A DNA stretch of 63,371 bases, filler included, from a bacterium (GTDB taxonomy: Bacteria > JALSQH01): assembly GCA_026985515.1 (NCBI GenBank). It is 8 parts of 8 records of this genome, joined end to end, with 100 filler letters (N's around TTAATTAATTAA, not from the genome) between each part and the next. Parts side by side here need not be neighbours in the genome. Positions count along the whole stretch, not along the records: positions 1 to 17,831 come from JALSQH010000041.1; positions 17,932 to 35,753 come from JALSQH010000042.1; 6 more parts are not named here. One strand, given 5' to 3'. The position numbers and the translations under genes were made by a program. Of the stretch, positions 10,637 through 19,589 are shown piece by piece. The stretch's first letter is position 1. Every line of letters begins with the position of its first letter. The notes below the pieces were generated by a model that worked only from the letters and a program-made list of their open reading frames with translations, was not told where the DNA came from and searched no databases.

Positions 10637-10643
10637 TTTCCAG

Positions 10644-11786
10644 CTACTCCAGAGTGTAGAGGATTTTCACAACTGAATCCTCTCCCACCCTCAGCACCCA
10701 CTCCTGCAATTCCTGTAGATTTTTGAACCATGCGAGGGTGTGACTCTGCAATTTATCAAAATCTCTGTTGTTCTCATTTCTGTGTCTGTCAAGTCTCTCA
10801 ATTTCCACCCACTTTTTCTCATTGCACGCCCTTATTTTTATCTTCCCCTTTTCCTTTCTCAACTCAGTGAAGGTGTGCCACACCTCCCCACCTTCCGGAG
10901 CCTTTTTTAAAACATATCTTGAAAAGTTGATATTCCTCTTTGCAAGTACCACATAACTGTACTTGATTCTTTTGAAATCCCTCTTCAGCATATTTCCAAG
11001 ATCCCTGGCGAGTTCTGGTGGATCCCAGGGCCGTGATATGTGGCACCACTCCTCCTTTTTCTCTGTAATGGGACAGAGCCCTGTGAATGTACATGGAGCA
11101 TAGATGTAGAGTCCGGAGGAAGTTATGGCGTAGTTCCGCAAAGCAATGAGATCCCTTGACTCTCTTCTGGCGCCAGGCTCAATAATTACAATCATACCCT
11201 CAGGGGAGAGCATCTCCGATAGTCTATCCATGAAGGAGAAATCGCCAAGCTTTTTGTAAAATTCTTTGAAGGAATTGCTCATAAAAATTAAATCGAAGGG
11301 ACCATCCACCTTATCAACAAATTTTCTGAAATCACCACGAAAGATCTTTATGGAGGTTTTCCCGCTTCTGTGGCTTCTGAGAACTTTGTGAATGAGCCTA
11401 TTTGCATATTCTATTGCCAGTCTGGACTTTTCAACCACGGTGATTTCAAGCTGGGGAAACACCTTTATGTCACCAAGAAAAAGAAGAAGAGCGGCTGTTG
11501 ATGGTGCAAGTCCCGCCCCAAGATCCACAACATTCATCTTTTTATACCGGAACTTATTGAAAAACTTTGATAACTGGAGTTCTTTCAGAACCTGATAATT
11601 TTTCAAAACATTCTGTGGATAAAAATAGTAAAGATAGGCAAAAAGATTTTTCTCCTTATCAAAATAATTGACAATTCCATTCTCAAGGAAAATGTCGGAG
11701 AGTTTCCTCAGTGCGTGGTAGAGTTCCTTTCTGTTGTACTTTACATCAGAATAAATATATTCAAACAGTTTTTCCATTTTCTCCAT
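10644..11786 (-). CDS. Rsm22/METTL17-family SAM-dependent methyltransferase
   Basis: AYLYYFYP, VVDLGAGLA (SAM binding), IIEPG, APC-x5-CP...WCH, YSYVVL, EKGK...C. Confidence 0.78.
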   Translation of the reverse strand: MEKMEKLFEYIYSDVKYNRKELYHALRKLSDIFLENGIVNYFDKEKNLFAYLYYFYPQNVLKNYQVLKELQLSKFFNKFRYKKMNVVDLGAGLAPSTAALLLFLGDIKVFPQLEITVVEKSRLAIEYANRLIHKVLRSHRSGKTSIKIFRGDFRKFVDKVDGPFDLIFMSNSFKEFYKKLGDFSFMDRLSEMLSPEGMIVIIEPGARRESRDLIALRNYAITSSGLYIYAPCTFTGLCPITEKKEEWCHISRPWDPPELARDLGNMLKRDFKRIKYSYVVLAKRNINFSRYVLKKAPEGGEVWHTFTELRKEKGKIKIRACNEKKWVEIERLDRHRNENNRDFDKLQSHTLAWFKNLQELQEWVLRVGEDSVVKILYTLE

Positions 11787-11942
11787 ATCCTCTTCTATTA
11801 TGATGGAACTGAATAGCTGAGCAATTTTGTAATGAATTTCAAATTTTCTGTTTTATTTCAGAAAGCTAACTGAGCAAAATTGCAAAAAACTGGAGGCGCA
11901 TGTCCAGGACAATCAATATGTGCATAAAGGGCATCCGGTAAA

Positions 11943-12188
11943 TTAATCCTCACCATTCCACCATCTGCGAAATTCATCCACAACATAATCCTTAACCTGC
12001 TTTGCAGCCTTAACCCACTCCTCCTTTGCCCTGCCAAATTCTTCCTTCAGCCTCTGCTTATCCTCTTCAGGAATGGAGAACTCCTCCTTAAAACCTTCCC
12101 TGGGAGGAATTCCCCTCTCCTTCCACTCCGCTTCCCTTCTCCTGAACCATGCGTAAGCTTCAAATAAAAGTATTTTCCACCACTGCAT
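11943..12188 (-). CDS. Small hypothetical protein
   Basis: About 81-aa ORF with GAGGGTGG upstream of ATG 12188; Glu/Lys/Trp-rich with genome-like codon usage; no recognisable family. Confidence 0.5.
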   Translation of the reverse strand: MQWWKILLFEAYAWFRRREAEWKERGIPPREGFKEEFSIPEEDKQRLKEEFGRAKEEWVKAAKQVKDYVVDEFRRWWNGED

Positions 12189-12330
12189 CACCACCCTCTA
12201 GTTTTTATGATAACACAGATTACCAGTTATCACAAGAAATTATGATAAGAAAAGAGACTAATCCAAAACAAAAAAGATGTTCTTCAAATCGGGCACAAGA
12301 TGTGCTAACATATTTAAAAAGGAGGGTAAA

Positions 12331-13581
12331 ATGAAGTACTTATCATACTTCCTGAGTTTTATTCTTATCCTCTCTATAATAGCCTGCTCGGGGAGCAAAG
12401 AGAAGGAGAATCAGCCCATAAACAGATACCCCATCGTTGATACAACAAGACCTCTCAGTAAAGATGAAAAGGTGATCCTCTCAGGAATCAGAAATTTTGG
12501 ATTCAACCTTTTCAGTAAAATGATAACCTCTGAAACATTCAAAAACAAAAATCTTGTAATATCACCTTTCAGTATTTCTATGGCCCTTGGTATGGCACTT
12601 ATGGGAGCAGAAGGCGAAACATATCAGCAGATGAGCGAAGTTCTCGGGTTTCCGGGTATGACAACTGAGTCAGTGGGGGAAAATTACAAAAGTTTGTTTC
12701 TGATTCTGGAGAATCTTGACTCATCAATAGATTTTGATATTGCCAATTCTGTCTGGATAAGGGAAGGTTTTCCAGTGTATGACTCCTACATATCAAGGTG
12801 CAGGGATTACTTCTATGCATCAATTTTTCCCGATGAACCATTTGATACCGCCACAACCAGCAAACTCAACAACTGGGTGAATGAGAAAACGAATGGGAAG
12901 ATCAGCAAGATTGTTGACCGGATCCCTGATACAATGGTTACAATGCTTGTTAACGCTATCTACTTTTTCGGGAAATGGACACATCCATTTGATCCTGGAG
13001 CAACACATGATGATATTTTCACCAATATCAATGGAGAGGTGAAAAAAGTAAGTATGATGCAACATGCTGATAAATTTAAGTATCTGGAAAGTGAGAACTT
13101 TAAGTTACTATCCCTTCCCTATGGAAATAAAAAATTCTACATGACCATAATCCTTCCTGATCCGGGTATCAGTATCTACGATCTTCCTGCCACAGCCCTC
13201 ACAGATCTGTTTGACCTGTGGAGCAGGGCAGAGGAAATGGAAGTTAAGGTGGAATTACCCAGGTTTGAATACTCCTCTCCTGCTATTGAGGTTAAAGACT
13301 TCCTCAAGACTTTAGGAATGGTAGATCCCTTTCTTCCGGACAGAGCCAATTTCAAAGGATTAACGCCCAAATCAAACTTTTTTATAAGTAATGTAATGCA
13401 CAAAACTTACATTAAAGTTGATGAAAAGGGGACGGAGGCTGCAGCAGTTACGGTTGTGGGAGCTGCTGTGACCTGTATTAGAGAAGGACCTGTATTCAGG
13501 GTTGATCATCCATTCATATTTGTTATACACGATGCGAAAACAAAATCCCCGCTCTTTATGGGGATAATCACTGATATTTAG
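12331..13581 (+). CDS. Serpin (serine protease inhibitor), predicted lipoprotein
   Basis: GGAGG RBS then MKYLSYFLSFILILSIIAC (lipobox); NLVISPFSI, NAIYFFGKW, hinge EKGTEAAAVT, FRVDHPFIF. Confidence 0.93.
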   Translation: MKYLSYFLSFILILSIIACSGSKEKENQPINRYPIVDTTRPLSKDEKVILSGIRNFGFNLFSKMITSETFKNKNLVISPFSISMALGMALMGAEGETYQQMSEVLGFPGMTTESVGENYKSLFLILENLDSSIDFDIANSVWIREGFPVYDSYISRCRDYFYASIFPDEPFDTATTSKLNNWVNEKTNGKISKIVDRIPDTMVTMLVNAIYFFGKWTHPFDPGATHDDIFTNINGEVKKVSMMQHADKFKYLESENFKLLSLPYGNKKFYMTIILPDPGISIYDLPATALTDLFDLWSRAEEMEVKVELPRFEYSSPAIEVKDFLKTLGMVDPFLPDRANFKGLTPKSNFFISNVMHKTYIKVDEKGTEAAAVTVVGAAVTCIREGPVFRVDHPFIFVIHDAKTKSPLFMGIITDI

Positions 13582-13588
13582 CATAAAG

Positions 13589-13663
13589 CGCCCCGGACAG
13601 GATTCGAACCTGCGACACCAGGCTCCGGAGGCCTGTGCTCTATCCGGGCTGAGCTACCGGGGC
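13589..13663 (-). tRNA. tRNA-Arg(CCG), CCA not encoded
   Basis: Acceptor stem GCCCCGG/CCGGGGC, anticodon arm CAGGC-CT-CCG-GA-GCCTG, T loop GGTTCGAATCC. Confidence 0.95.
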
Positions 13664-13679
13664 TTTAAATAGTATTTTT

Positions 13680-15227
13680 CTATAATAATTTCACTTTTTC
13701 CCATTCAAACTTCACCACATTCCTCTCTTCATCACTTATAACAAGACCTACAAGATAGATTTCACCCTTGCCAACATACTTCTCATAATATTTCTTCTCT
13801 CTTACCTGACTCAAGGGATCCTCCCCAATACGAGACATCTTCAACTCAAGTACATATATCTTACCTTCAACCCTTATTGTTAGATCTATCCTCCCTTTAT
13901 TTGTAATATCCTCCGCAGTTATATCAAGACCAAGAGAAGCAAGAAATGAGTAAATCACATTGATGTAGTAACCCTCATATTTAGCTATTTCGTTCTTTGT
14001 ATAGGAGGTGTAGGGCAGTGAGGCAAGTAATCTCTTCATCACCTCAATAAACTTCTCCACATCTCCAGAGGCAAGGGAATTGTAACACTCCTCTCCAAGC
14101 CTGCTCTTGGTGTTCTCCCTCAGGCTGCTCAGATAGTTCAGTATAACATCATTCAGGGACATCTTAACCTCAAGATTGGGATATGAGAGTTTGTAGTAGG
14201 TTCTGGGACCCACTCTCTTTGTACCCTTTATGGTCAGATACCCCGTCTGCCACATCAGAGCCTCAACTGCAATATAATCCACATCAAAACTGCCAAGGAT
14301 CTCATCTGTGGCTTCTATCTCCTCAAGATCTGGAATAAAATATCTATTTTCTCTCATTAATTCAATCAAAAATGTAGGGGTTCCCGTCTCCCACCAGTAA
14401 TTTTTGAAAAAGAATTCATTGTCTATGAGTTGAAGGATGTCAAAGGGATTATACACTCTCTCTCCAAGCCACGAATACCCATTGTACCACTCTCTTACCT
14501 CTTCACGATTAACACCAGCAAGGAAATCTGAAAAATATTTATCCAGCTCACTTTCTGTGTATCCACAGATAGTTGAATATTTCCTATTCAATGTAATATC
14601 GCTGAGATTATTCAATTTGCTAAAGAGATTTACCTTACTGAACTTACTCACCCCCGTCAGAAAAACAAACCTCACATACTCATCAAGCCCCTTAATTACT
14701 CCATAAAAATCTGAAAGAATCCTTCTCAATTTCCTCGCAAGTTCTCTATCAGTGATATTATCAAGAATTGGTTTGTCATACTCATCTATTAAAATTACAA
14801 CCTGTGAATTGTACTTCTCAAAAAGTGAGACAACAAGTTTTTTTAAGAGCAATCCCATCTGGTCACTATCTGGAAAATCAACACTGTACTTCTTTTTATG
14901 ATCCTCAATATTATCAATTATAACCTCTTTCAATGCATCAACGCTCTGAACATCACCTGAACTAAAATCTATCTTTATCACTGGAAACTTTTTCCCCCAG
15001 TCCCATTTATCATAAACATATAGACCTTCAAAGAGTTCCTTCCTGCCCTCAAATAACCTGCGAAGGGTATCAACTAAAAGAGTTTTGCCAAATCTCCTCG
15101 GGCGGGAAAGGAAGTAATACTCCCCATTTGTCACAAGATCATAAACAAATCGTGTTTTGTCCACATAGATATAGTTTTCTGATCTAATTTTTTTAAAATC
15201 ATTTACACCCAAAGGAAGTTTCTTCAT
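13680..15227 (-). CDS. AAA-ATPase-like protein with C-terminal PD-(D/E)XK nuclease domain
   Basis: MKKLPLGV..F, YVDKT, RPRRFGKT (Walker A), LIDEYDKP (Walker B), YNPF, C-terminal GRIDL...VLELK. Confidence 0.9.
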   Translation of the reverse strand: MKKLPLGVNDFKKIRSENYIYVDKTRFVYDLVTNGEYYFLSRPRRFGKTLLVDTLRRLFEGRKELFEGLYVYDKWDWGKKFPVIKIDFSSGDVQSVDALKEVIIDNIEDHKKKYSVDFPDSDQMGLLLKKLVVSLFEKYNSQVVILIDEYDKPILDNITDRELARKLRRILSDFYGVIKGLDEYVRFVFLTGVSKFSKVNLFSKLNNLSDITLNRKYSTICGYTESELDKYFSDFLAGVNREEVREWYNGYSWLGERVYNPFDILQLIDNEFFFKNYWWETGTPTFLIELMRENRYFIPDLEEIEATDEILGSFDVDYIAVEALMWQTGYLTIKGTKRVGPRTYYKLSYPNLEVKMSLNDVILNYLSSLRENTKSRLGEECYNSLASGDVEKFIEVMKRLLASLPYTSYTKNEIAKYEGYYINVIYSFLASLGLDITAEDITNKGRIDLTIRVEGKIYVLELKMSRIGEDPLSQVREKKYYEKYVGKGEIYLVGLVISDEERNVVKFEWEKVKLL

Positions 15228-15295
15228 AGTTTAATTATAACATACAGGGGTAAAAGAAAAAACCCGGGCTTGAATACTTCCCGTGAAAACTGGCT

Positions 15296-17830
15296 TTAAA
15301 CTCTCTCCCTCCTCCTCACTCCAATCCATATAGATAGGAGAAAAAGCATCACCACAAAGTCACCCCAGTTGTTGCCACTCTCACCTACACGGCATCCACA
15401 ACCGGAGGATTTTTTACTGGAGGAAGATCCACTTTTTATATTCCCATTACTTCCTTCTGAAGATCCACTATTGTTCTGGCCGGAACCCTCATTTGATCCT
15501 GATGACGGAAATACTTCAATCATTTTTCTCCCAAGAGCTCTTCCACCTCTACCATCACTCACAACAACCATGGCGGTAAATGTACCCGGGTTTGAATAAT
15601 TACAAATAAATGTTGTACTACTACTATCTGTTACATCATAATTCCCGTCTGAGTCACAATCATAACTGTACTTGAGTGGATCTCCATCTGGATCTGAGGC
15701 ATTTACAGATAAAGTTACTTTTAGTGGCGCCGTACCAGAGGAAGGATAGGCTGAAAACTCCTCAATGATGGGGAAAGAATCATTCATAAAGGAGACAGGG
15801 AAATAGATAATATATCCATCTTCACAACTGGTAAATGAAGAATTCACAGATTCTATATTGAAATCACTGGACTTCGTCCATCCACCTACAAAAACCCCAT
15901 CAGATTCGACAATGAGTGAATTTGCATCGTCATAATTACTACCTCCAAGATAGGTAAAGAAAGTCACATCTGTCAGAGACGGAGAAAATTGAACCATAAA
16001 ACCATCCCTCCTGCCTCCAAATGTTTTCTGGAAGGTATATATTCCTCCAGGTAAATCATCGGAGCATGTCCACCCAGTTATATATATTCCCTTTTCATTC
16101 TCCCCGATTCTGTTTGCAACATCATCACATTGACCTCCAAAATATGTAGCACTGCTCACAGACTGAAAATACTTATCCATTGCAACAACAAAAACATCTA
16201 TATTTCTTGCATGAGATTTTTGATATGCATTTGTAGAAACTGGAAAATCATCTGATCGGGTCGTACCTGCAATATACACAACACCATTGTTAACAACAAT
16301 TGATCTACAAATATCCTCCTCTGAACCACCAAGATATGAAAAATGTTTGAGTGAAGTCAGATCTTCGTCAAAAACTGCAAGAATACAATCTTTATCTCCA
16401 TTATTACTATCCTGAAAAGTTGAGGCAGTTACAGGCAAAGAGCTGGATAGTGTCCAGCCGACAAGATAAACATTTTCCCCGTAGATGTAAATATCCTCAC
16501 CAGAATCATTTTCACCTCTTCCAAAATAGGTTGAATCTTTCACATCAAGAAATCTATCCAGCCTTACAATAAAAACATCACCTCCGATATTGTAAGCATC
16601 TCCTCCTCCATATGAATCCTGGTAAGCTGAAGAATTGACAGGGAAATCAGAAGATTTTGTCCACCCCGTAATAAAAATATCAGAGCCATCTGAAACAATG
16701 GAATGAAGCACATCTTTATCACTACCACCAAGATATGTGGAAGCTAACAACCCGTCAAGATTCTGAGAAAATTTCACCAGAAATATATCCTGTTCCCCTT
16801 TATTATCTGACTGATAGGCATCAGCAGTCACAGGGAAATCGTATGATGTGGTCCAGCCACCGGCAAAAACTGAACCATCCTCACCTATCTCAACAGAGAC
16901 CACTCCATCGCTTCCACTTCCCCCTATGTAGGTAAGACTATAAATAGTTGAAAGATCATCACTTATCCTTGCTACAAATCCATCTGAACCCCTCGTAAAA
17001 TCCCTCCAATGTGAACCAGAGAGCGGTAAATCTGGCGAATCTGTTTTCCCTGCCACATAAATATCATTGTTTTTCCCTTCAGCCATGCTCCTGATCTCAG
17101 TATATGAACCACCGCCGACAAAAGTGGAGTATTCAAGAGTTGACAAATCACCTGTTAATTCTGAAATAAAAATGTCAGTGTTGCCCCCTTTTAATTGTTG
17201 AAAAGCGTTATTACTTACAGGAAAGTCGCCTGAACCTGTCCATCCTGTTACATTAATTTTTCCACCACTACAGTAAAGGGATTCAACAGATTCATCGCCG
17301 CTTCCACCAAGAAAAGTGTCAGAATTTAGAGAAGTAAGATCATTACTCAATGAAGCGATATAACCATCCCAACTATACCCGTGTTTGGTCATATCATAAC
17401 CATCCTTAACAGGAAGGTCAGAAGAAGTTGTTTTCCCGGCCACATATACCTTCCCGTTTTCATCCACACATATATCATATACAAATTCCTCACGCCCTCC
17501 TCCAAAAAGAGTGGCAGATTTAAATTTGAGTTTCTCAGAAAATTTAGCAATAAAAGTATCCACTCCCCCTTTCCAATCCTCCTGAAAAGCCCCTGATGAT
17601 GTGGGAAACTTCCAGAAAGCGTTACCTGTGATAAAGATATTTTTATTAGAATCATAAGTTACCCCTACAGCATAATCATAACCACCTCCACCAATGTAAG
17701 TTGAAGAAAGTAAGTGATCCAGGGAATTGTCAAATCTTGCTATGAATGCGTCACCATTACCGTTCAGTGTTTTCTGATAAGCATCATCTGTTACGGGGAA
17801 ATCGTAAGATTTAGTCAATCCCACTACAAC
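15296..17830 (-). CDS. SBBP beta-propeller repeat surface protein with PKD domain and MYXO-CTERM-like tail; 5' truncated
   Basis: Repeated STY(L/I/F)GGS..D...G.T.S.DFP units, PKD-like PSSGTAPLKVTL...DPDGD, Ser/Gly linker, then GCGC-TM-RRR. Frame is open to the contig edge. Confidence 0.85.
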   Translation of the reverse strand, partial: VVVGLTKSYDFPVTDDAYQKTLNGNGDAFIARFDNSLDHLLSSTYIGGGGYDYAVGVTYDSNKNIFITGNAFWKFPTSSGAFQEDWKGGVDTFIAKFSEKLKFKSATLFGGGREEFVYDICVDENGKVYVAGKTTSSDLPVKDGYDMTKHGYSWDGYIASLSNDLTSLNSDTFLGGSGDESVESLYCSGGKINVTGWTGSGDFPVSNNAFQQLKGGNTDIFISELTGDLSTLEYSTFVGGGSYTEIRSMAEGKNNDIYVAGKTDSPDLPLSGSHWRDFTRGSDGFVARISDDLSTIYSLTYIGGSGSDGVVSVEIGEDGSVFAGGWTTSYDFPVTADAYQSDNKGEQDIFLVKFSQNLDGLLASTYLGGSDKDVLHSIVSDGSDIFITGWTKSSDFPVNSSAYQDSYGGGDAYNIGGDVFIVRLDRFLDVKDSTYFGRGENDSGEDIYIYGENVYLVGWTLSSSLPVTASTFQDSNNGDKDCILAVFDEDLTSLKHFSYLGGSEEDICRSIVVNNGVVYIAGTTRSDDFPVSTNAYQKSHARNIDVFVVAMDKYFQSVSSATYFGGQCDDVANRIGENEKGIYITGWTCSDDLPGGIYTFQKTFGGRRDGFMVQFSPSLTDVTFFTYLGGSNYDDANSLIVESDGVFVGGWTKSSDFNIESVNSSFTSCEDGYIIYFPVSFMNDSFPIIEEFSAYPSSGTAPLKVTLSVNASDPDGDPLKYSYDCDSDGNYDVTDSSSTTFICNYSNPGTFTAMVVVSDGRGGRALGRKMIEVFPSSGSNEGSGQNNSGSSEGSNGNIKSGSSSSKKSSGCGCRVGESGNNWGDFVVMLFLLSIWIGVRRRERV

Positions 17831-17831
17831 A

Positions 17832-17931
17832 NNNNNNNNNNNNNNNNNNNNNNNNNNNNNNNNNNNNNNNNNNNNTTAATTAATTAANNNNNNNNNNNNN
17901 NNNNNNNNNNNNNNNNNNNNNNNNNNNNNNN
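17832..17931. other. Artificial contig linker (N run with TTAATTAATTAA)
   Basis: 100 nt of N with a central all-frame stop cassette; identical at seven places. Confidence 0.98.
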
Positions 17932-18020
<89 letters not shown>

Positions 18021-18110
18021 AAGGTCTGACCTGGGCTGCCCGGACTCACCGAGCCGGGACGGCCGCTCTCGTCCGTCACATTATTCGTCTCGGCGCCTCA
18101 CCGATCACTA

Positions 18111-18187
18111 TTCAGTTTTCAAAGAGCGATAAATATCCTTTAATATTTCCTTCTTCAACCAACACTTATCTGTAATTTTTAAAGAGC
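18111..18187 (-). promoter_or_regulatory. rRNA leader boxA-like elements (two copies)
   Basis: GCTCTTTAAAAA (18187-18176) and GCTCTTTGAAAACTGAA (18127-18111) between the promoter and 16S. Confidence 0.6.
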
Positions 18188-18215
18188 TTTTATCGTTTCA
18201 GCGTTGACAATAAAT

Positions 18216-18243
18216 AATATACCACAAAATATCTGTTTGTCAA
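18216..18243 (-). promoter_or_regulatory. rRNA operon sigma70 promoter
   Basis: TTGACA-16 nt-TATATT with extended TG, about 200 nt upstream of 16S. Confidence 0.7.
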
Positions 18244-18278
18244 GTAAATTTCAAAGATACTGATTTAAAATGTAAATC

Positions 18279-18371
18279 TGGCGGAGAGTGAGGGATTCGA
18301 ACCCCCGATCCCGCTTTTGGCGGGATATCCCGTTTCGAGCGGGACCCCTTCGACCACTCGGGCAACTCTCC
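18279..18371 (-). tRNA. tRNA-Ser(CGA)
   Basis: Acceptor stem GGAGAGT/ACTCTCC then GCCA; anticodon arm TCCCG-CT-CGA-AA-CGGGA; long variable arm; GGTTCGAATCC. Confidence 0.95.
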
Positions 18372-18505
18372 AGTAAAATATTCTATGAATGTGAATAGTC
18401 TCTGCAAGATCTCAGGTGGATGTTTTTCTATTACAAAATAAGTTTCTGAACATCTTGAAAAATATATTTTTCTGAAGTAAGATACCTCAAAAGGAGGGGT
18501 TTATA

Positions 18506-19036
18506 ATGAAAGGATCTATTGTGTTGAGTGGCATGGACTATGTAACAGAAAAGTTTGGAAAGGAGGTCTGGCTGAAAACTCTAAGGTTATGTAACGTGAA
18601 ACAAGGTGAGATTCTTCCATTTGCAGAAATTGACGACAGAAAAGTGGAATGTCTGATCAATACAGTCTCAAACCTAACTGGTGAAAGAGTAGAAAAAATT
18701 CTTGAAGAGTTTGGCAGATATTGGATAACAAAAGGTGCAAAGACGATGTATCCACTCTTTTACAAAAATGTAAAATCTGCAAAACAGTTTATCTTGGAAA
18801 TCAACAGGTTTCACAAAGTAGCAACCCAGAACACACCTGGAGCAAGACCACCTTCTTTTGATTACTGGTGGGAAAAACATAATGTTTTAATACTGCACTA
18901 CCATTCTCACCGGAATCTTCTTAATCTTGCGGTGGGTGCAATAAAAGGTTGTGAAGACTGCTTTAAGGAAAAATTGATTGTCGAGAAAATTCCACCCGAT
19001 AAAATAAAAGTGACATTTTCCGTAAGTACTCTATAA
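18506..19036 (+). CDS. Stand-alone heme NO-binding (H-NOX/HNOB) protein
   Basis: MKG start, KFG.EVW, proximal His in INRFH, PGARPPSF, YxSxR (YHSHR), G.IKG. Confidence 0.88.
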   Translation: MKGSIVLSGMDYVTEKFGKEVWLKTLRLCNVKQGEILPFAEIDDRKVECLINTVSNLTGERVEKILEEFGRYWITKGAKTMYPLFYKNVKSAKQFILEINRFHKVATQNTPGARPPSFDYWWEKHNVLILHYHSHRNLLNLAVGAIKGCEDCFKEKLIVEKIPPDKIKVTFSVSTL

Positions 19037-19037
19037 G

Positions 19038-19589
19038 ATGGGAAAGATCAAGCCACCACCCTCTGTCAAGTATTTTGCGGGAGTGCTTGTATCGGATGAG
19101 AAGTTACTTGTGAAAGTAAGGCAATTTTTAAAAGAGCTTGTCGGTGAGATAATACTGGAGTCCAGATTGATTCCCTTCAATTTCACCCACTACTATCGTG
19201 AGGAAATGGGAGAAAAGATCCTCAGGAAATTTTATCTTTTTGAAAACTTAGAAGATCCGGGGAAGCTTGCAACTTTAAAAATAAGGACAAATGAAATAGA
19301 GAAGGAATTTTATGGAGAAATGGGGTTTAAGAGACCGGTAAACATTGATCCGGGCTACATTGAAAGTTCAAAGGTGATACTTGCATCAACAAAAAATTTT
19401 TTTCACAGAATATACATAGGAAACGGAATTTTTGCCGAGGTTACAATTCACTGGAGAAAAGGTAAATGGAATAGTTTTGAGTGGACATATCCCGATTACC
19501 GGACTCCAGAGTATCATGAATTCTTCACAGAAGCGAGAAAAATATATCTTCAGGAATTAAAAAGTGAGAAAAAAGATTTTCATAGTTAA
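19038..19589 (+). CDS. DUF4416 family protein
   Basis: FTHYYREEMG, LK..TN.IE, RPVNIDPGY, VILASTKNF.HRIY, WTYPDY. Confidence 0.82.
   Translation: MGKIKPPPSVKYFAGVLVSDEKLLVKVRQFLKELVGEIILESRLIPFNFTHYYREEMGEKILRKFYLFENLEDPGKLATLKIRTNEIEKEFYGEMGFKRPVNIDPGYIESSKVILASTKNFFHRIYIGNGIFAEVTIHWRKGKWNSFEWTYPDYRTPEYHEFFTEARKIYLQELKSEKKDFHS

Noticed and set aside
13680-15227. AAA + PD-(D/E)XK gene beside a tRNA as an integrated element or novel defence system
   Set aside because: No integrase or att duplication is visible, the gene lies on the tRNA 5' side, and the family is common as a solitary gene.
15800-17830. Recurring DNA words such as GGAAATC and CCACC suggesting a CRISPR array or tandem repeat
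   Set aside because: They are degenerate codons of SBBP protein repeats inside one ORF; there are no identical repeats with unique spacers.
18279-18371. Long tRNA that could be tRNA-Sec
   Set aside because: Anticodon is CGA with a 7-bp acceptor stem; ordinary tRNA-Ser.
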